A stretch of 64,000 nucleotides of DNA from Pelagomonas calceolata (lineage: Eukaryota), in NCBI GenBank assembly GCA_918797485.1, contig CAKKNE010000006.1:2046001-2110000 (forward strand), given 5' to 3'. The notes below the pieces were generated by a model. The model was not told the origin of the DNA, searched no databases, and was given only the letters and a program-made list of their open reading frames with translations. Numbering within the stretch: position 1 is the first letter of the stretch; every line of letters starts with the position of its first letter. This document shows positions 43,064 through 52,721 of this stretch, in pieces. Made by a program: the position numbers and the translations under genes.

Positions 43064-44215
43064 ATGATCCTCACCCAATGCGCATTTTGTGCTGTCGACC
43101 TTGGCCTAACTTTGGGCAAGAAATGCGGCCGCTGCAGCACACGCTACTGTGGGGCCGCCTGCCAGAAAAAGCACTGGGAGGAGGGCGGCCATGACGCGCT
43201 CTGCAAAGCAATAAAAAAAGCTGGCGGTGCCGAGCAATACCACGCAAATAACAAGTACGCAGCGGCCGTAGCAGTCGCGACGAAGGCGTGCGCGGACGAC
43301 ACGAAGGGCCAGACGTGCTACATCTGCACGCAGGCCGTGCATTGGAAGACAAAGGAGGGCCTCGTGCGCGGGTGCTCGTGCCGCGGGACGGCGGGATTTG
43401 CGCACGTGTCGTGCCTGGCGGAGCAGGCGAAGATTTTGATCGCGGAGGTCGAGGAGAACAATTTGGGTGCTAATGCGTTGGATGAGAGGTGGCATCGGTG
43501 GCATAAGTGTAGCCTGTGCGAGCAAGAGCACCACGGCGTCGTGGCATGCGCGCTCGGGTGGGGGTGCTGGAAGACTTACGTCGGGCGGCCGGAGAGGGAT
43601 CTGTCTCGGATCAGTGCGATGAGGCGGCTTGGGAACGGTTTATCCGCCGCAAAGCACCAGGAGGACGCGTTATCCGTGAACAAGGCCGAGTTGTCTCTGC
43701 TGCAGCGCCTTGGCGCATCGGAAGAGAGCATACTCGCCGTGCGGCACAATATTGCGATGGTGTATCAGGGGCTTGGACGGTACGAACAGGCCCTACAGAT
43801 GAAGCGAGACGTATACTCCGGACGTTTGAGGCTCAGCGGCGAAGAACATCAAGAGACCATCCGATCAGCCGTCAACTACGGGAGCGCCCTTCTTTCTCTC
43901 GGGCGATTCGAAGAGACCAAGTCGTCGTCAAAGAAAATTTTGCCCGTGGCACGACGCGTTCTCGGAGAGAATCACCAACTCACGCTCACGATAAGGTTCG
44001 CTTACGGGGTGGCGCTCTACCAAGACGACGGTGCCACGCTCGACGATGTCCGCGAAGCTGTGACGACGCTCGAGGACACGGAACGGACCGCGCGGCGCGT
44101 GCTCGGCGGTACGCATCCGACCGTAGTGTCGATTGGGGAAGCACGGCGAGACTCGCAAGCGGCGCTCGCGGCCCGCGAAGCGGGGTGCGCGTACTCCTAT
44201 AAGATTAGAGTCTGA
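43064..44215 (+). CDS. MYND zinc finger-RINGv-TPR protein, copy 3
   Basis: Same architecture as copies 1 and 2. Confidence 0.9.
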   Translation: MILTQCAFCAVDLGLTLGKKCGRCSTRYCGAACQKKHWEEGGHDALCKAIKKAGGAEQYHANNKYAAAVAVATKACADDTKGQTCYICTQAVHWKTKEGLVRGCSCRGTAGFAHVSCLAEQAKILIAEVEENNLGANALDERWHRWHKCSLCEQEHHGVVACALGWGCWKTYVGRPERDLSRISAMRRLGNGLSAAKHQEDALSVNKAELSLLQRLGASEESILAVRHNIAMVYQGLGRYEQALQMKRDVYSGRLRLSGEEHQETIRSAVNYGSALLSLGRFEETKSSSKKILPVARRVLGENHQLTLTIRFAYGVALYQDDGATLDDVREAVTTLEDTERTARRVLGGTHPTVVSIGEARRDSQAALAAREAGCAYSYKIRV

Positions 44216-44237
44216 CAGCGCATAGTATTAAACTTAC

Positions 44238-44942
44238 TCAGCCGCCGCGCCGCAGCGTCTCCCGGCACGCCGAGCCCGGCCGCGGGAGCGATGCTCTAAA
44301 GTCGTCGCGCAATACCTGCATCGCTTGATCTTGCGTATAATACGTGCGCTTCTGCCCCTGCGTTTGTAAAATAGTCTTCTCCCACTCGTCGGCGTGCTCC
44401 ACATATGCAAAACCTTCGCGGATCTCCCGCTTCACGGACCGGTCGGAGGGAAATAAAACCTCCTTGTGCGAGAACGTTCTGGATTTGAGCGGGTCGTCGC
44501 TCCGCTTCATGTTCATCATGTCGCCGTACTCTTTTGTTTCGTCGTTCCGGTAGTCGCGTCTAGGTTCCCCTGTTCTCTCATCCAAAACAACTCGAACCTT
44601 GTCGCAGATGCAGCCGTCCACGGAAAGCAACTGGTCCGCCGTGTAGTAGGAGGTGGGATCATTCACATAAGGCGGGGGGGGCTTCTTGCCCTCCTTTGTC
44701 ACTTTTTTGGGCGGCAGGACCGGAGCCGCGCCTTTGGGCCTTCGTTCCTTCTTCGCGGCCTCGCGCGCGTTCACAAATTCCTGGTACTCGTACTGCATGA
44801 TCTTCTGGCCGCCGGGTGTGGCATGTCTGGGTGGTACATACCCCGCGGCGTGCGTTTTCGTCGTGCGGTCCTCATTATGTGAAGCGCCAGCTGTAGGTAA
44901 CAGGTCCGTGCGGACGAAGAGGCCGTCGTCGGGGTGGCCCAT
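44238..44942 (-). CDS. Hypothetical protein
   Basis: Coding-like ORF from MGHPDDG; no family recognised. Confidence 0.65.
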   Translation of the reverse strand: MGHPDDGLFVRTDLLPTAGASHNEDRTTKTHAAGYVPPRHATPGGQKIMQYEYQEFVNAREAAKKERRPKGAAPVLPPKKVTKEGKKPPPPYVNDPTSYYTADQLLSVDGCICDKVRVVLDERTGEPRRDYRNDETKEYGDMMNMKRSDDPLKSRTFSHKEVLFPSDRSVKREIREGFAYVEHADEWEKTILQTQGQKRTYYTQDQAMQVLRDDFRASLPRPGSACRETLRRGG

Positions 44943-45324
44943 CGTATGTGTGTCGCGTCGACGGCGTGGAGGGTGTCGAGGCTGCCGGTGGCAGCGGCTT
45001 GCTGCCTTGGCGCAATATGTCTGCAGCGCGAGGCGCCGCTGTGTCTGAGAGCGCCCGACGCGGCCGCGGTGAGAGATCCCTCCGCGAGGCGGGAAAGACC
45101 TGCCGTAGAGCTCAGGGACCGGTGGAAGGTCGCTGGTCCCGCGCCTCGGGCCGCGCTCTCTGCCACCAAGGCAAGAGAGAGGGCAGGCGCTGCAGCTCGC
45201 GCGCGACGCCATCGCGGCGACCAGCGACGACGCGAGGCGTCGCAGGTGCCACGCGCGCGCCCGACCACGACCGCTGCGGCTGCTGAGCTCGTTGCCGGGG
45301 CTGCCCCGCCACAACAGCACGACC

Positions 45325-46608
45325 ATGGACTCCGGCCTGAGCAGCGCCTACAGCAGCGCCTACAGCAGCGCCCAGAGCAGCGCCTACAGCAGCCTCGCGA
45401 ACACGCCCCGGGAACTCAGCCGGGTGGAGGCAAAGGACGCCACTAGAGACCACCGCCTCGCCCCGAGTGGCCGCGACCACTTGAGTGCCGTGCAGCACGG
45501 CGCGCGCCTGCCGAGGCGTCATGAAAAGCGCAACCGCGAGCTGAAAGGGCGCCCGCGGGTGCGCCGAACTGGGGGCGGCTCCGGCGGGTCCGGCGGGTCT
45601 GGTTCCGGCGGTTCCGGCAGCTCGCGCGGGTCGCCGGCGGGATCGCCACTCCGTCGCCACGGGTCCGTCGTGAAGTTCGACGACTCGCTCGACGAGCTTT
45701 TTGAATTTGAGGACCGGCCGCATTTGGAGAGGGCCTCGTGGGCGACGCCGCAGTATTTACCTACTGGTGTCAACTTCATAAATCCGCAGGGGCGGCGACG
45801 GCCGTTGATGAGGAAGCGCCCCCAGACGCCGGAAGAACGCTACGCGCCCGTCCAGGACGAGTCCAGTTACTCCATATCGACACGTGTCAAATGGAAGCCG
45901 AGCTGGTCGACCATCGATTCTTCGCTCGTGAGTTCGGGCGCGGCGACGATCCGAGGTCGACGGGGCCTTGAAGAGTTGAGACGGATGCGAGAGAGGCAAT
46001 CGGTAAGGGACGCGAAGGCCGCCGATGAAAGAGAAGTGGAAGCGGATATCGTGGTCAAGACGTCCAAGGTCGCGCAGCACCTCATGCATTTGAGGGCACA
46101 GGCCAAGGAACTCGATATCCAGGCGCAGGTCGACGCCTGGCACGCGCGGTCGCCGAACAAGCGGTTGATCGGGTCTGGTTTATTTGATGTGGATGTCTTG
46201 GGCCAGAACTGCTTTGGGTTGACTCAGGACGATAGCCCTCCGGAGGTCTACGACATGGCGCCGGCGCCGGCGCTTGCGCCGGCGCCCGCGCCGCGAAAGC
46301 GAATGTTTTCCATGCAGAAAGGCCGAACTCGCTTCGCCACCCCAGAGCACGTCTGGAAGAAGAAGGACTGGGCCGAGCAGGAACAGGCCTTCAAGCGGCG
46401 CGTCGGGATTACTATTGGGCCGCGGGCCAAGACGTCTTATGTGCCTCGGGCTTCATCACGGAAGTCTGTTAGAGGCGGAGAGAAGTCCAACGTCATGGAC
46501 AAGCTCGCCGAGCAGGTCGCGCTGGCGAAGGCGTCCGTCGGCAAGACTGATCCAAGAACGGGCGAAGCGCTTGTGTACTACGGCACGGAGCGGCCGACGA
46601 CGTACTAG
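45325..46608 (+). CDS. Hypothetical basic, low-complexity protein
   Basis: Long ORF with SSAY and GGS repeats; no family recognised. Confidence 0.65.
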   Translation: MDSGLSSAYSSAYSSAQSSAYSSLANTPRELSRVEAKDATRDHRLAPSGRDHLSAVQHGARLPRRHEKRNRELKGRPRVRRTGGGSGGSGGSGSGGSGSSRGSPAGSPLRRHGSVVKFDDSLDELFEFEDRPHLERASWATPQYLPTGVNFINPQGRRRPLMRKRPQTPEERYAPVQDESSYSISTRVKWKPSWSTIDSSLVSSGAATIRGRRGLEELRRMRERQSVRDAKAADEREVEADIVVKTSKVAQHLMHLRAQAKELDIQAQVDAWHARSPNKRLIGSGLFDVDVLGQNCFGLTQDDSPPEVYDMAPAPALAPAPAPRKRMFSMQKGRTRFATPEHVWKKKDWAEQEQAFKRRVGITIGPRAKTSYVPRASSRKSVRGGEKSNVMDKLAEQVALAKASVGKTDPRTGEALVYYGTERPTTY

Positions 46609-46614
46609 TGTTAA

Positions 46615-47046
46615 CTATATTGTTATGTGCCACCCCGTGCCCAGCTCGCCGACGACGCGGCCCGTAACTTGCGAGACGAGGCCGAACGATACGGTAGACG
46701 CCGTCAGGACGCGTATCGTTGTAAATTCGGCGAGCGCGCCCGACGCCGCGAGGCCCAGTACCGGTATAAATCCTAAGAAGGGCCACCGTCCGCTGGTCCA
46801 GATTGGTGTTGTTGCGACTGTTGTGATGGCCCGGGCGAGCTCGTCCGGCGGCGCTGCCAGGAACGTCGATGCGGACGGCACGAGGCCGAAGAGACCACCA
46901 CAAACAAAAGCGAGGACCTCCGGGTTCTTTGCGGCCCAGGAGTCGTCTGGCCGCGCGGATAAGCGGCAGAGACGGCGTGCTGGCCGGCGCGGCTGCGCGA
47001 ATGCGTTAGCTGGCCGGCGCGGCTGCGTGAACGCATCGCCGCTCAT
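46615..47046 (-). CDS. Possible small membrane protein
   Basis: Hydrophobic ORF whose stop abuts the convergent neighbour's stop; start uncertain. Confidence 0.3.
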   Translation of the reverse strand: MSGDAFTQPRRPANAFAQPRRPARRLCRLSARPDDSWAAKNPEVLAFVCGGLFGLVPSASTFLAAPPDELARAITTVATTPIWTSGRWPFLGFIPVLGLAASGALAEFTTIRVLTASTVSFGLVSQVTGRVVGELGTGWHITI

Positions 47047-47481
47047 TCTCCACCACACGAGGGGACCCCAAATTATCATCCGCTTCCAAGAGCGACATTT
47101 GTGCGGCTGCGCCATAGGGATGCAGCCGTGCCAGTGACCTCACACCAGTGTGGCACTGATCACACGAGTCAAGCTATGAAGCCGTAGCGCTGCGCCGACG
47201 TCAACGTGCACTGATGCGGCTAATCCCACAGTGCAAAGGCTGGTAGCCAGCTCAAAGGCCGCCAAGACCTAGCGTAACAAGGGCACTAGCTTTGTCAACC
47301 TTGTCTCGTTTTTTCGTGCAAGGCCAAGCAAGTCAGCCCGTAGAGATCTAGCCATTCCACTGTGCGCGCAGCAGCCCCGCAGCCTGCGCCGTTCGGAGCC
47401 CGGCCCCGCCCGGTGACTGGGGCCCCAAAAAGTATAGAGCTCCGAGGTGCACACCTCGTCCACGCCGTCGACGCGACAATC

Positions 47482-48654
47482 ATGGACGCCGTCTCCCCCG
47501 CCTCGACCGTACGAACGCTAGATGACGAGTTCTCGCCCACCAGCACGAACCGCAGCTTAGATCATGAGGCGGCGACCGACGACGAAAACACGCCAACAAC
47601 CTTGAGGAGGAACGACCTCTCCTTTCACGCCGCCGGCGACGCGCGCGACTGGGAAAGTAGCATCGCGGCCATGGAGAGCCAGTCCGAGTCATGGCAGGAC
47701 TGCTGCGACTTCCTCAAGGTGCCGTTTGGGCCTCTTTTGCACTGCCTGTCGTTCCTCGATGGCTCCGGACTCGCTCGCTTAGAAACGGCCTGCCCACCTT
47801 TACTAAGAACGCGAGTCTGCGAGTCGGCCTCGAAGGCCACGGTCCTAGCGGCATTGCGACGAGCCTCGGACAAAGCGCCGGCAGTCGACACGTCCTGGAA
47901 GCGCCTCGCGGGCTGGATCGGCTCGCCTCCCGCCTGGAGGGTACTGCGAGAGCTCCACTGCACGACGAACGGCACCAAGTGGTCTTGGAGAGAGGGCTGG
48001 GCGTCGCCGGGCGACTGGCCAGACGTCTCGAAATGGTTTGGAGTGCGGTGCAAGCGAGGCCGGGTCGTGGGGTTGCGGTTGTTCGACAACGGGTTGTCTG
48101 GCGGTCTACCTAGGTCCGTTGGTCGGTTGTCCAACTTACGGGAATTGTTGTTACAACATAACTCGTTGACAGGAATGCTACCGGAGTCGCTCGGTGACCT
48201 GAGTAGATTGGAGGCGTTGGACGTGTCGAACAACAGTTTTGAGGGGGGGCTGGATGCGATTGCGCGGTGCAAACGGTTAGAGTACTTGAATTGTTCGCAG
48301 AACAATTTTACTGGTTCTTTACCGGATCTCCGGTTAAGCAAGCTCGAGGCTTTTCATTGTGATCGGAATCAACTATCAGGATCCTTGCAAGTGTTGGGGC
48401 GCCTGCGTTCTCTAGAGGTCCTGAACGCGTCGCGAAACAATTTTGAAGGCGCGCTGCCGGATTTGTCGAGATTGTCGAAGCTGAAAGCCTGCTTCCTCGG
48501 CCACAACCGGCTGACGGGGTCTTTGAGGGATCTTGACATCGGCGCATCACTCGTAGAGCTCTACGTCAACGACAATTCGTTAGATGTCGATGAGCTGCCC
48601 GCGGCGCTCGCGGCGCTGAACGTGTGCTTCACGGCCGGGAACGGCGTGCCCTAG
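47482..48654 (+). CDS. F-box-like + plant-type LRR protein
   Basis: LLHCLSFLD..LARLETAC; N-cap W..WFGVRC; LxxLxLxxNxLTGxLP repeats. Confidence 0.85.
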   Translation: MDAVSPASTVRTLDDEFSPTSTNRSLDHEAATDDENTPTTLRRNDLSFHAAGDARDWESSIAAMESQSESWQDCCDFLKVPFGPLLHCLSFLDGSGLARLETACPPLLRTRVCESASKATVLAALRRASDKAPAVDTSWKRLAGWIGSPPAWRVLRELHCTTNGTKWSWREGWASPGDWPDVSKWFGVRCKRGRVVGLRLFDNGLSGGLPRSVGRLSNLRELLLQHNSLTGMLPESLGDLSRLEALDVSNNSFEGGLDAIARCKRLEYLNCSQNNFTGSLPDLRLSKLEAFHCDRNQLSGSLQVLGRLRSLEVLNASRNNFEGALPDLSRLSKLKACFLGHNRLTGSLRDLDIGASLVELYVNDNSLDVDELPAALAALNVCFTAGNGVP

Positions 48655-48712
48655 AGTTTTGATAAGTGTGGTTTTACAACATAGTCTTATGGCGTGAGGT
48701 GGGCGCGATGAC

Positions 48713-49798
48713 TCAGCCGAGGCGGACCGCGGTGACGTATATTCCGCTATCTCTCACTTCGTCGGGGACGCGCCATTCGTCCCAGACGCGGCTGTCCGGT
48801 CTCAGCACGAAGAGGCGCCGCGTTGATATTCGACCGGTGGGATCCGAAGAATCTACGTGGCCAACCACAACGAGATGGTTGTCGATGCTTTCGCCAATGA
48901 GAGCGAGGACCGGCGGCACGGGAAAGGGTGCCTCGTCCCATGCCTCTCGGAGTGGGTCCCAAATGAAAGCTAAGTATCTCACATTGTAGGGCCGAGCAAC
49001 ATCTTCGGGGGCCAGTTTGCAACAGGCCATCAGACAGAACCGCTTCCGCCATTCGAATGCCTGGTAGTGCCAATGAACTCCTCCCTCATCGTAAAGCTCA
49101 TGAGGAAGGCGCGGCCCGGCCGCCCAAGTTTGAGTCGCGGGATCATAGACGAACGTCTCCTGGAGATGATCATCCAAAGCATAGAGCCAGAGCTTTCCAT
49201 CGACCTCGATGGCTTTTGAATAGCATTCGCCAGGCTCACAGAACGGAAAATCCGGCCGACGTGACCAGGTGTCTTGGGAAGCATCGTAGACGTCAATGGG
49301 CATACGCGGCACAACATCGCCACCAATCAACATGATGGTGCTGCCAAGGCCGCAACAGGTCACCCACTCGCCAATTCCGTCGCCGCCGAACCATTCGCTA
49401 TCTCGAGAGGGCGTCGCTAGCTCCCGCCAGCGATTCTGCAGCGGGTGAAACGCAACAGCACGCATTTCCGGGTAGGTCTGTAGGATAACAATCTCGTCGC
49501 CGCGCCCACTGGAGAGGCGCGCCAGGTGCCAGTCTTGCCCCAGTTGTGGGCCTGGCGCCACGCGGTATGCGCCCGACGCCTGGATCAGGTAGGGAGCTGC
49601 CGCATTGTTCCGCCAGTCGATGGTGAACCCGGCCCACTCTACGTATCCGGCCGCTTCTCGCGTCTTGCGGAACGCGGACGACGCCACCGCGTCGCACAAT
49701 GACTTGCAAGTGCAGGGGATGCCATTGCGCAGGTCGGCATAGGGCACACGAGCAAGGCATGCGAGCAGGCAGTCGTTTGGGAGCGCTGTAAGGCTCAT
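48713..49798 (-). CDS. F-box/kelch-like protein
   Basis: LPNDCLLACLARVP; LIGG..VYD...W and VYDPATQTW repeats. Confidence 0.85.
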   Translation of the reverse strand: MSLTALPNDCLLACLARVPYADLRNGIPCTCKSLCDAVASSAFRKTREAAGYVEWAGFTIDWRNNAAAPYLIQASGAYRVAPGPQLGQDWHLARLSSGRGDEIVILQTYPEMRAVAFHPLQNRWRELATPSRDSEWFGGDGIGEWVTCCGLGSTIMLIGGDVVPRMPIDVYDASQDTWSRRPDFPFCEPGECYSKAIEVDGKLWLYALDDHLQETFVYDPATQTWAAGPRLPHELYDEGGVHWHYQAFEWRKRFCLMACCKLAPEDVARPYNVRYLAFIWDPLREAWDEAPFPVPPVLALIGESIDNHLVVVGHVDSSDPTGRISTRRLFVLRPDSRVWDEWRVPDEVRDSGIYVTAVRLG

Positions 49799-49874
49799 CT
49801 TTTGCGATGCGTATGAAGCACCGCGCCACCAGTGCGCTGTGTGCACAAACCCAAAAAACTCAATGACCTGCTAT

Positions 49875-49895
49875 CTAGCGGCAGTAAGGCACTAG
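49875..49895 (+). promoter_or_regulatory. Bipartite CTAG promoter motif CTAGCGGCAGTAAGGCACTAG
   Basis: Lies between divergent F-box/kelch and CWC25 genes. Confidence 0.55.
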
Positions 49896-50211
49896 AAAGT
49901 CTTGCTTTTTGCGGCCGCACGATACAGGGAGAGTGCTACCCACGCTTGTGGCGCATTGTGGTATACCTCGAGCCCATTCACAGCGCCCGCGGCCCTTTGG
50001 CGCCGGTCCCACACCGCGCCAGGCCCCCAGCAGCACCCTGCTGGCACTGCAGCCGGTCGGCGCCGCCGCAGCAGCGCCCACATAAATAACCGCGCCCGCA
50101 CATCAACAACCGCAAAAAGACTGCTGTGTGGATCTGCAGCTATCGACGCCGCCGCAGCGCCGCCCACATAAATAAGCGCGCCGCGCCTAGAACCAAGCGC
50201 GAAAAAAAAAG

Positions 50212-51369
50212 ATGTCCCTCTCCTTCCTCGCCAAGAAGACCTGGCACACGCAGCGCACGGACAACGTCGAGCAGGTCTGGCTCGCCGAGCAGAAGAAGGA
50301 GAAGGAGGAGAAGAAGCTCAAAGAACTGCAAAAACAAATCGACGAGGAGCGCCAGATCGAGGAGTTGCGGACCTTACAAAAAGATGCGGGTTTGGTCACG
50401 GATCCAAAACAAAAGCTCGAATGGATGTACGAGGGTCCTGGGTCGGCAGTGGCGTCGGAGGCGCAGGCTCGGGAATACAAGCTCGGCAAGGCCTACGAGC
50501 CGACGAAGCAGTCCGAGGAGATGAGTCAGCTCGAAAACAAGAACGTGGCCGGTAGCACGTGGCTCGATAACACGTCTTCAAACGAGAACGAGCTGTTTTC
50601 TCGGTTAAATCAGGATCCGCTGTACGCGATGCGTCAAAGTCAGAAACGAGACCGGGAGCAAAAAGTCCTGCAGAACCCTTTAGCTATGAAGCGCCTGCGA
50701 GCTTCGCTTCGAGACGAATTGACGGCGTACGAACAAAAACGGGCCGTGCGCAAGGCCGCGAAGAAGGCCAAAAAGGCCGAAAAAAAGAGACGCAAAAAGG
50801 AGAAGAAGAAAAGGAAGCGCGCGTCTCCCTCGTCGTCGCCGTCGCGCTCGCGCTCTCGCTCTCGCTCACAATCGCCGCGGCGCCGCTCACCATCACCGCG
50901 GCGCCGCTCGCGGTCGCCGCCCCACGAAAAGCGGGACGGCTACGGCCTCCGCAAGGGCCGCGTCGACGATAGTAGGGGACCGCGAAATCTGGGCCCCGAC
51001 CGCGGCGCCGTCGCGGCGCGCGAGCGCGAGGCGGCGGAGCGGAGAAGACGGCCGCAGCGCGAGCAGCTGACGGACGAGGAGAAGGCGCGGCGCCTCGCCG
51101 AGTTCGCGCGCGACGGCGCGGCCAAGCACGAGGCGGCCCAGGTGCGCGCGCGGCGCGACGGCGGCGCCGGCGCGGCGCGGGCCGCCGTGGCCGACGACGA
51201 GGCCGAGCTGCGGCGGCGCGCGGCCGCGGGCGTCGCGGCCGACGGCGCCAAGTTCCTGCGCGCGGCGCGCACGGAGGCGTACGTCGACGGCGGCGGCGAC
51301 CTCGCGGACCGCGTCGGGCGGACGCGGGCGCGGCGGCAGCGCGGCGGCGGCGGGGACGAGGACTTGTAA
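50212..51369 (+). CDS. CWC25: Pre-mRNA splicing factor CWC25
   Basis: FLAKKTWH...VWLAEQK, KLEWMY, EYKLGK, DPL, NPL; RS tract. Confidence 0.92.
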   Translation: MSLSFLAKKTWHTQRTDNVEQVWLAEQKKEKEEKKLKELQKQIDEERQIEELRTLQKDAGLVTDPKQKLEWMYEGPGSAVASEAQAREYKLGKAYEPTKQSEEMSQLENKNVAGSTWLDNTSSNENELFSRLNQDPLYAMRQSQKRDREQKVLQNPLAMKRLRASLRDELTAYEQKRAVRKAAKKAKKAEKKRRKKEKKKRKRASPSSSPSRSRSRSRSQSPRRRSPSPRRRSRSPPHEKRDGYGLRKGRVDDSRGPRNLGPDRGAVAAREREAAERRRRPQREQLTDEEKARRLAEFARDGAAKHEAAQVRARRDGGAGAARAAVADDEAELRRRAAAGVAADGAKFLRAARTEAYVDGGGDLADRVGRTRARRQRGGGGDEDL

Positions 51370-51387
51370 TTAGCTTGACGTATGATT

Positions 51388-52545
51388 TTAGGCATCCCCG
51401 AGCGTCGTCGCGAGCATCGCTTCGGCGATCTCGTGGGCGCGGAGCTTGGCCCGAGCCTTTTTCAGGTCGTGCTCCATCTGCATTGCGAGCGGGTGCGCGC
51501 CACCGAACACACGCCGCGCGATCCTTTCGTTCTCCTCGAGCAATGTCACGGCCTCGTGGAGATCGTCGAGCGTGGCGCCCTCGTCGTTGTAGAGCGACTG
51601 CGCGTAAGACATCCTCATCGCGATCGTGAGTTCATAATTCTCTCCGAGGACGCGTCGCGCCACGGGCATTATTTTGCGCAGCAGCGACTTGGCTTCTTCG
51701 AAGCGCTTTAATTTAAAAAGGGTTGCGGCGAGGTTATTGACTGATATGATGGTATCCCGATGTTCCTCACCTAACAGCCTCAAGGACCCATCGTATACGT
51801 CCCGTTCGAGCTGAAGGGAATGTTCAAGCCGTCCGAGATATTGGTACGTATTCGCAAGATTGGTCTGCGCGGCGAGTATGCTTGATGCTGGCGCGCCACG
51901 GCGTAGCTGCATGGACAACTCGGCCTTTTTCACGACCAACGCTTCTGCATGGCGTCCAGTTTCGTCTAAACCGCTCCCAAGTGTGTTCATCGCCATGACA
52001 TAGATCTTATCCGTCTCCGGCCGCCCCAAGTAGGTCTTCCAGCACGCCCACCCGAGCGCGCACTTCACGAGGCCGTGGTACCCTTGCTTGCACATACTAC
52101 ACTCGCACCACCGCACCCACCTCTCATTCTTCACCTTCCAGTCCAAATTGTTCTCCACCGCTTCCGCGACCAAAATCTTCGCCTGCTCCGCCAGACACGA
52201 AACATGCGCGACGCCCGACGTCCCACGGCACGCACATCCGCGCACGAGGCCCTCCTTGGTCTTCCAGTGGAGGGCTTGCGTGCAGATGTAGCACGTCTGG
52301 CCCTTGGTGTCGTCCGCGCATTTCTCCGCCGCGACCGTCACTGCCTCCGTGTATTTTTTATTTGCGTTGTATTGCTCGGCGCCGCCGCTTTTCTTGATCT
52401 TCTTGCAGAGCGTGTCGTGTCCGCCTTCTTTCCAGTGCTGCACCTGGCATTCGGGCCCACAGTAGCGCGTGCTGCAGCGGCCGCATTTCTTGCCCGAGGA
52501 TAGCCCAAGTTCGGCAGCACAGCAGGCGCATTGGATGAGGAGCAT
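51388..52545 (-). CDS. MYND zinc finger-RINGv-TPR protein, copy 4
   Basis: Same architecture as copies 1-3. Confidence 0.9.
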   Translation of the reverse strand: MLLIQCACCAAELGLSSGKKCGRCSTRYCGPECQVQHWKEGGHDTLCKKIKKSGGAEQYNANKKYTEAVTVAAEKCADDTKGQTCYICTQALHWKTKEGLVRGCACRGTSGVAHVSCLAEQAKILVAEAVENNLDWKVKNERWVRWCECSMCKQGYHGLVKCALGWACWKTYLGRPETDKIYVMAMNTLGSGLDETGRHAEALVVKKAELSMQLRRGAPASSILAAQTNLANTYQYLGRLEHSLQLERDVYDGSLRLLGEEHRDTIISVNNLAATLFKLKRFEEAKSLLRKIMPVARRVLGENYELTIAMRMSYAQSLYNDEGATLDDLHEAVTLLEENERIARRVFGGAHPLAMQMEHDLKKARAKLRAHEIAEAMLATTLGDA

Positions 52546-52615
52546 CTCTTATGGTCAAATCGCTCGGGGACAGCCCTACGATGAAAAATGCTGCAAAAGC
52601 CTCGGCTGTGAAAAG

Positions 52616-52635
52616 GCTAGTGCCTTTCCGCTAGC
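52616..52635 (-). promoter_or_regulatory. Bipartite CTAG promoter motif variant GCTAGCGGAAAGGCACTAGC
   Basis: About 70 bp upstream of the copy 4 ATG. Confidence 0.5.
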
Positions 52636-52721
52636 TGTCGCAAAACTTGGCCCGCAGCGACGCCGTCGACGCGCGCCCCGAAACGAGACAAGAATAACAC
52701 AACAAGGTTAAGTTAGAACGT

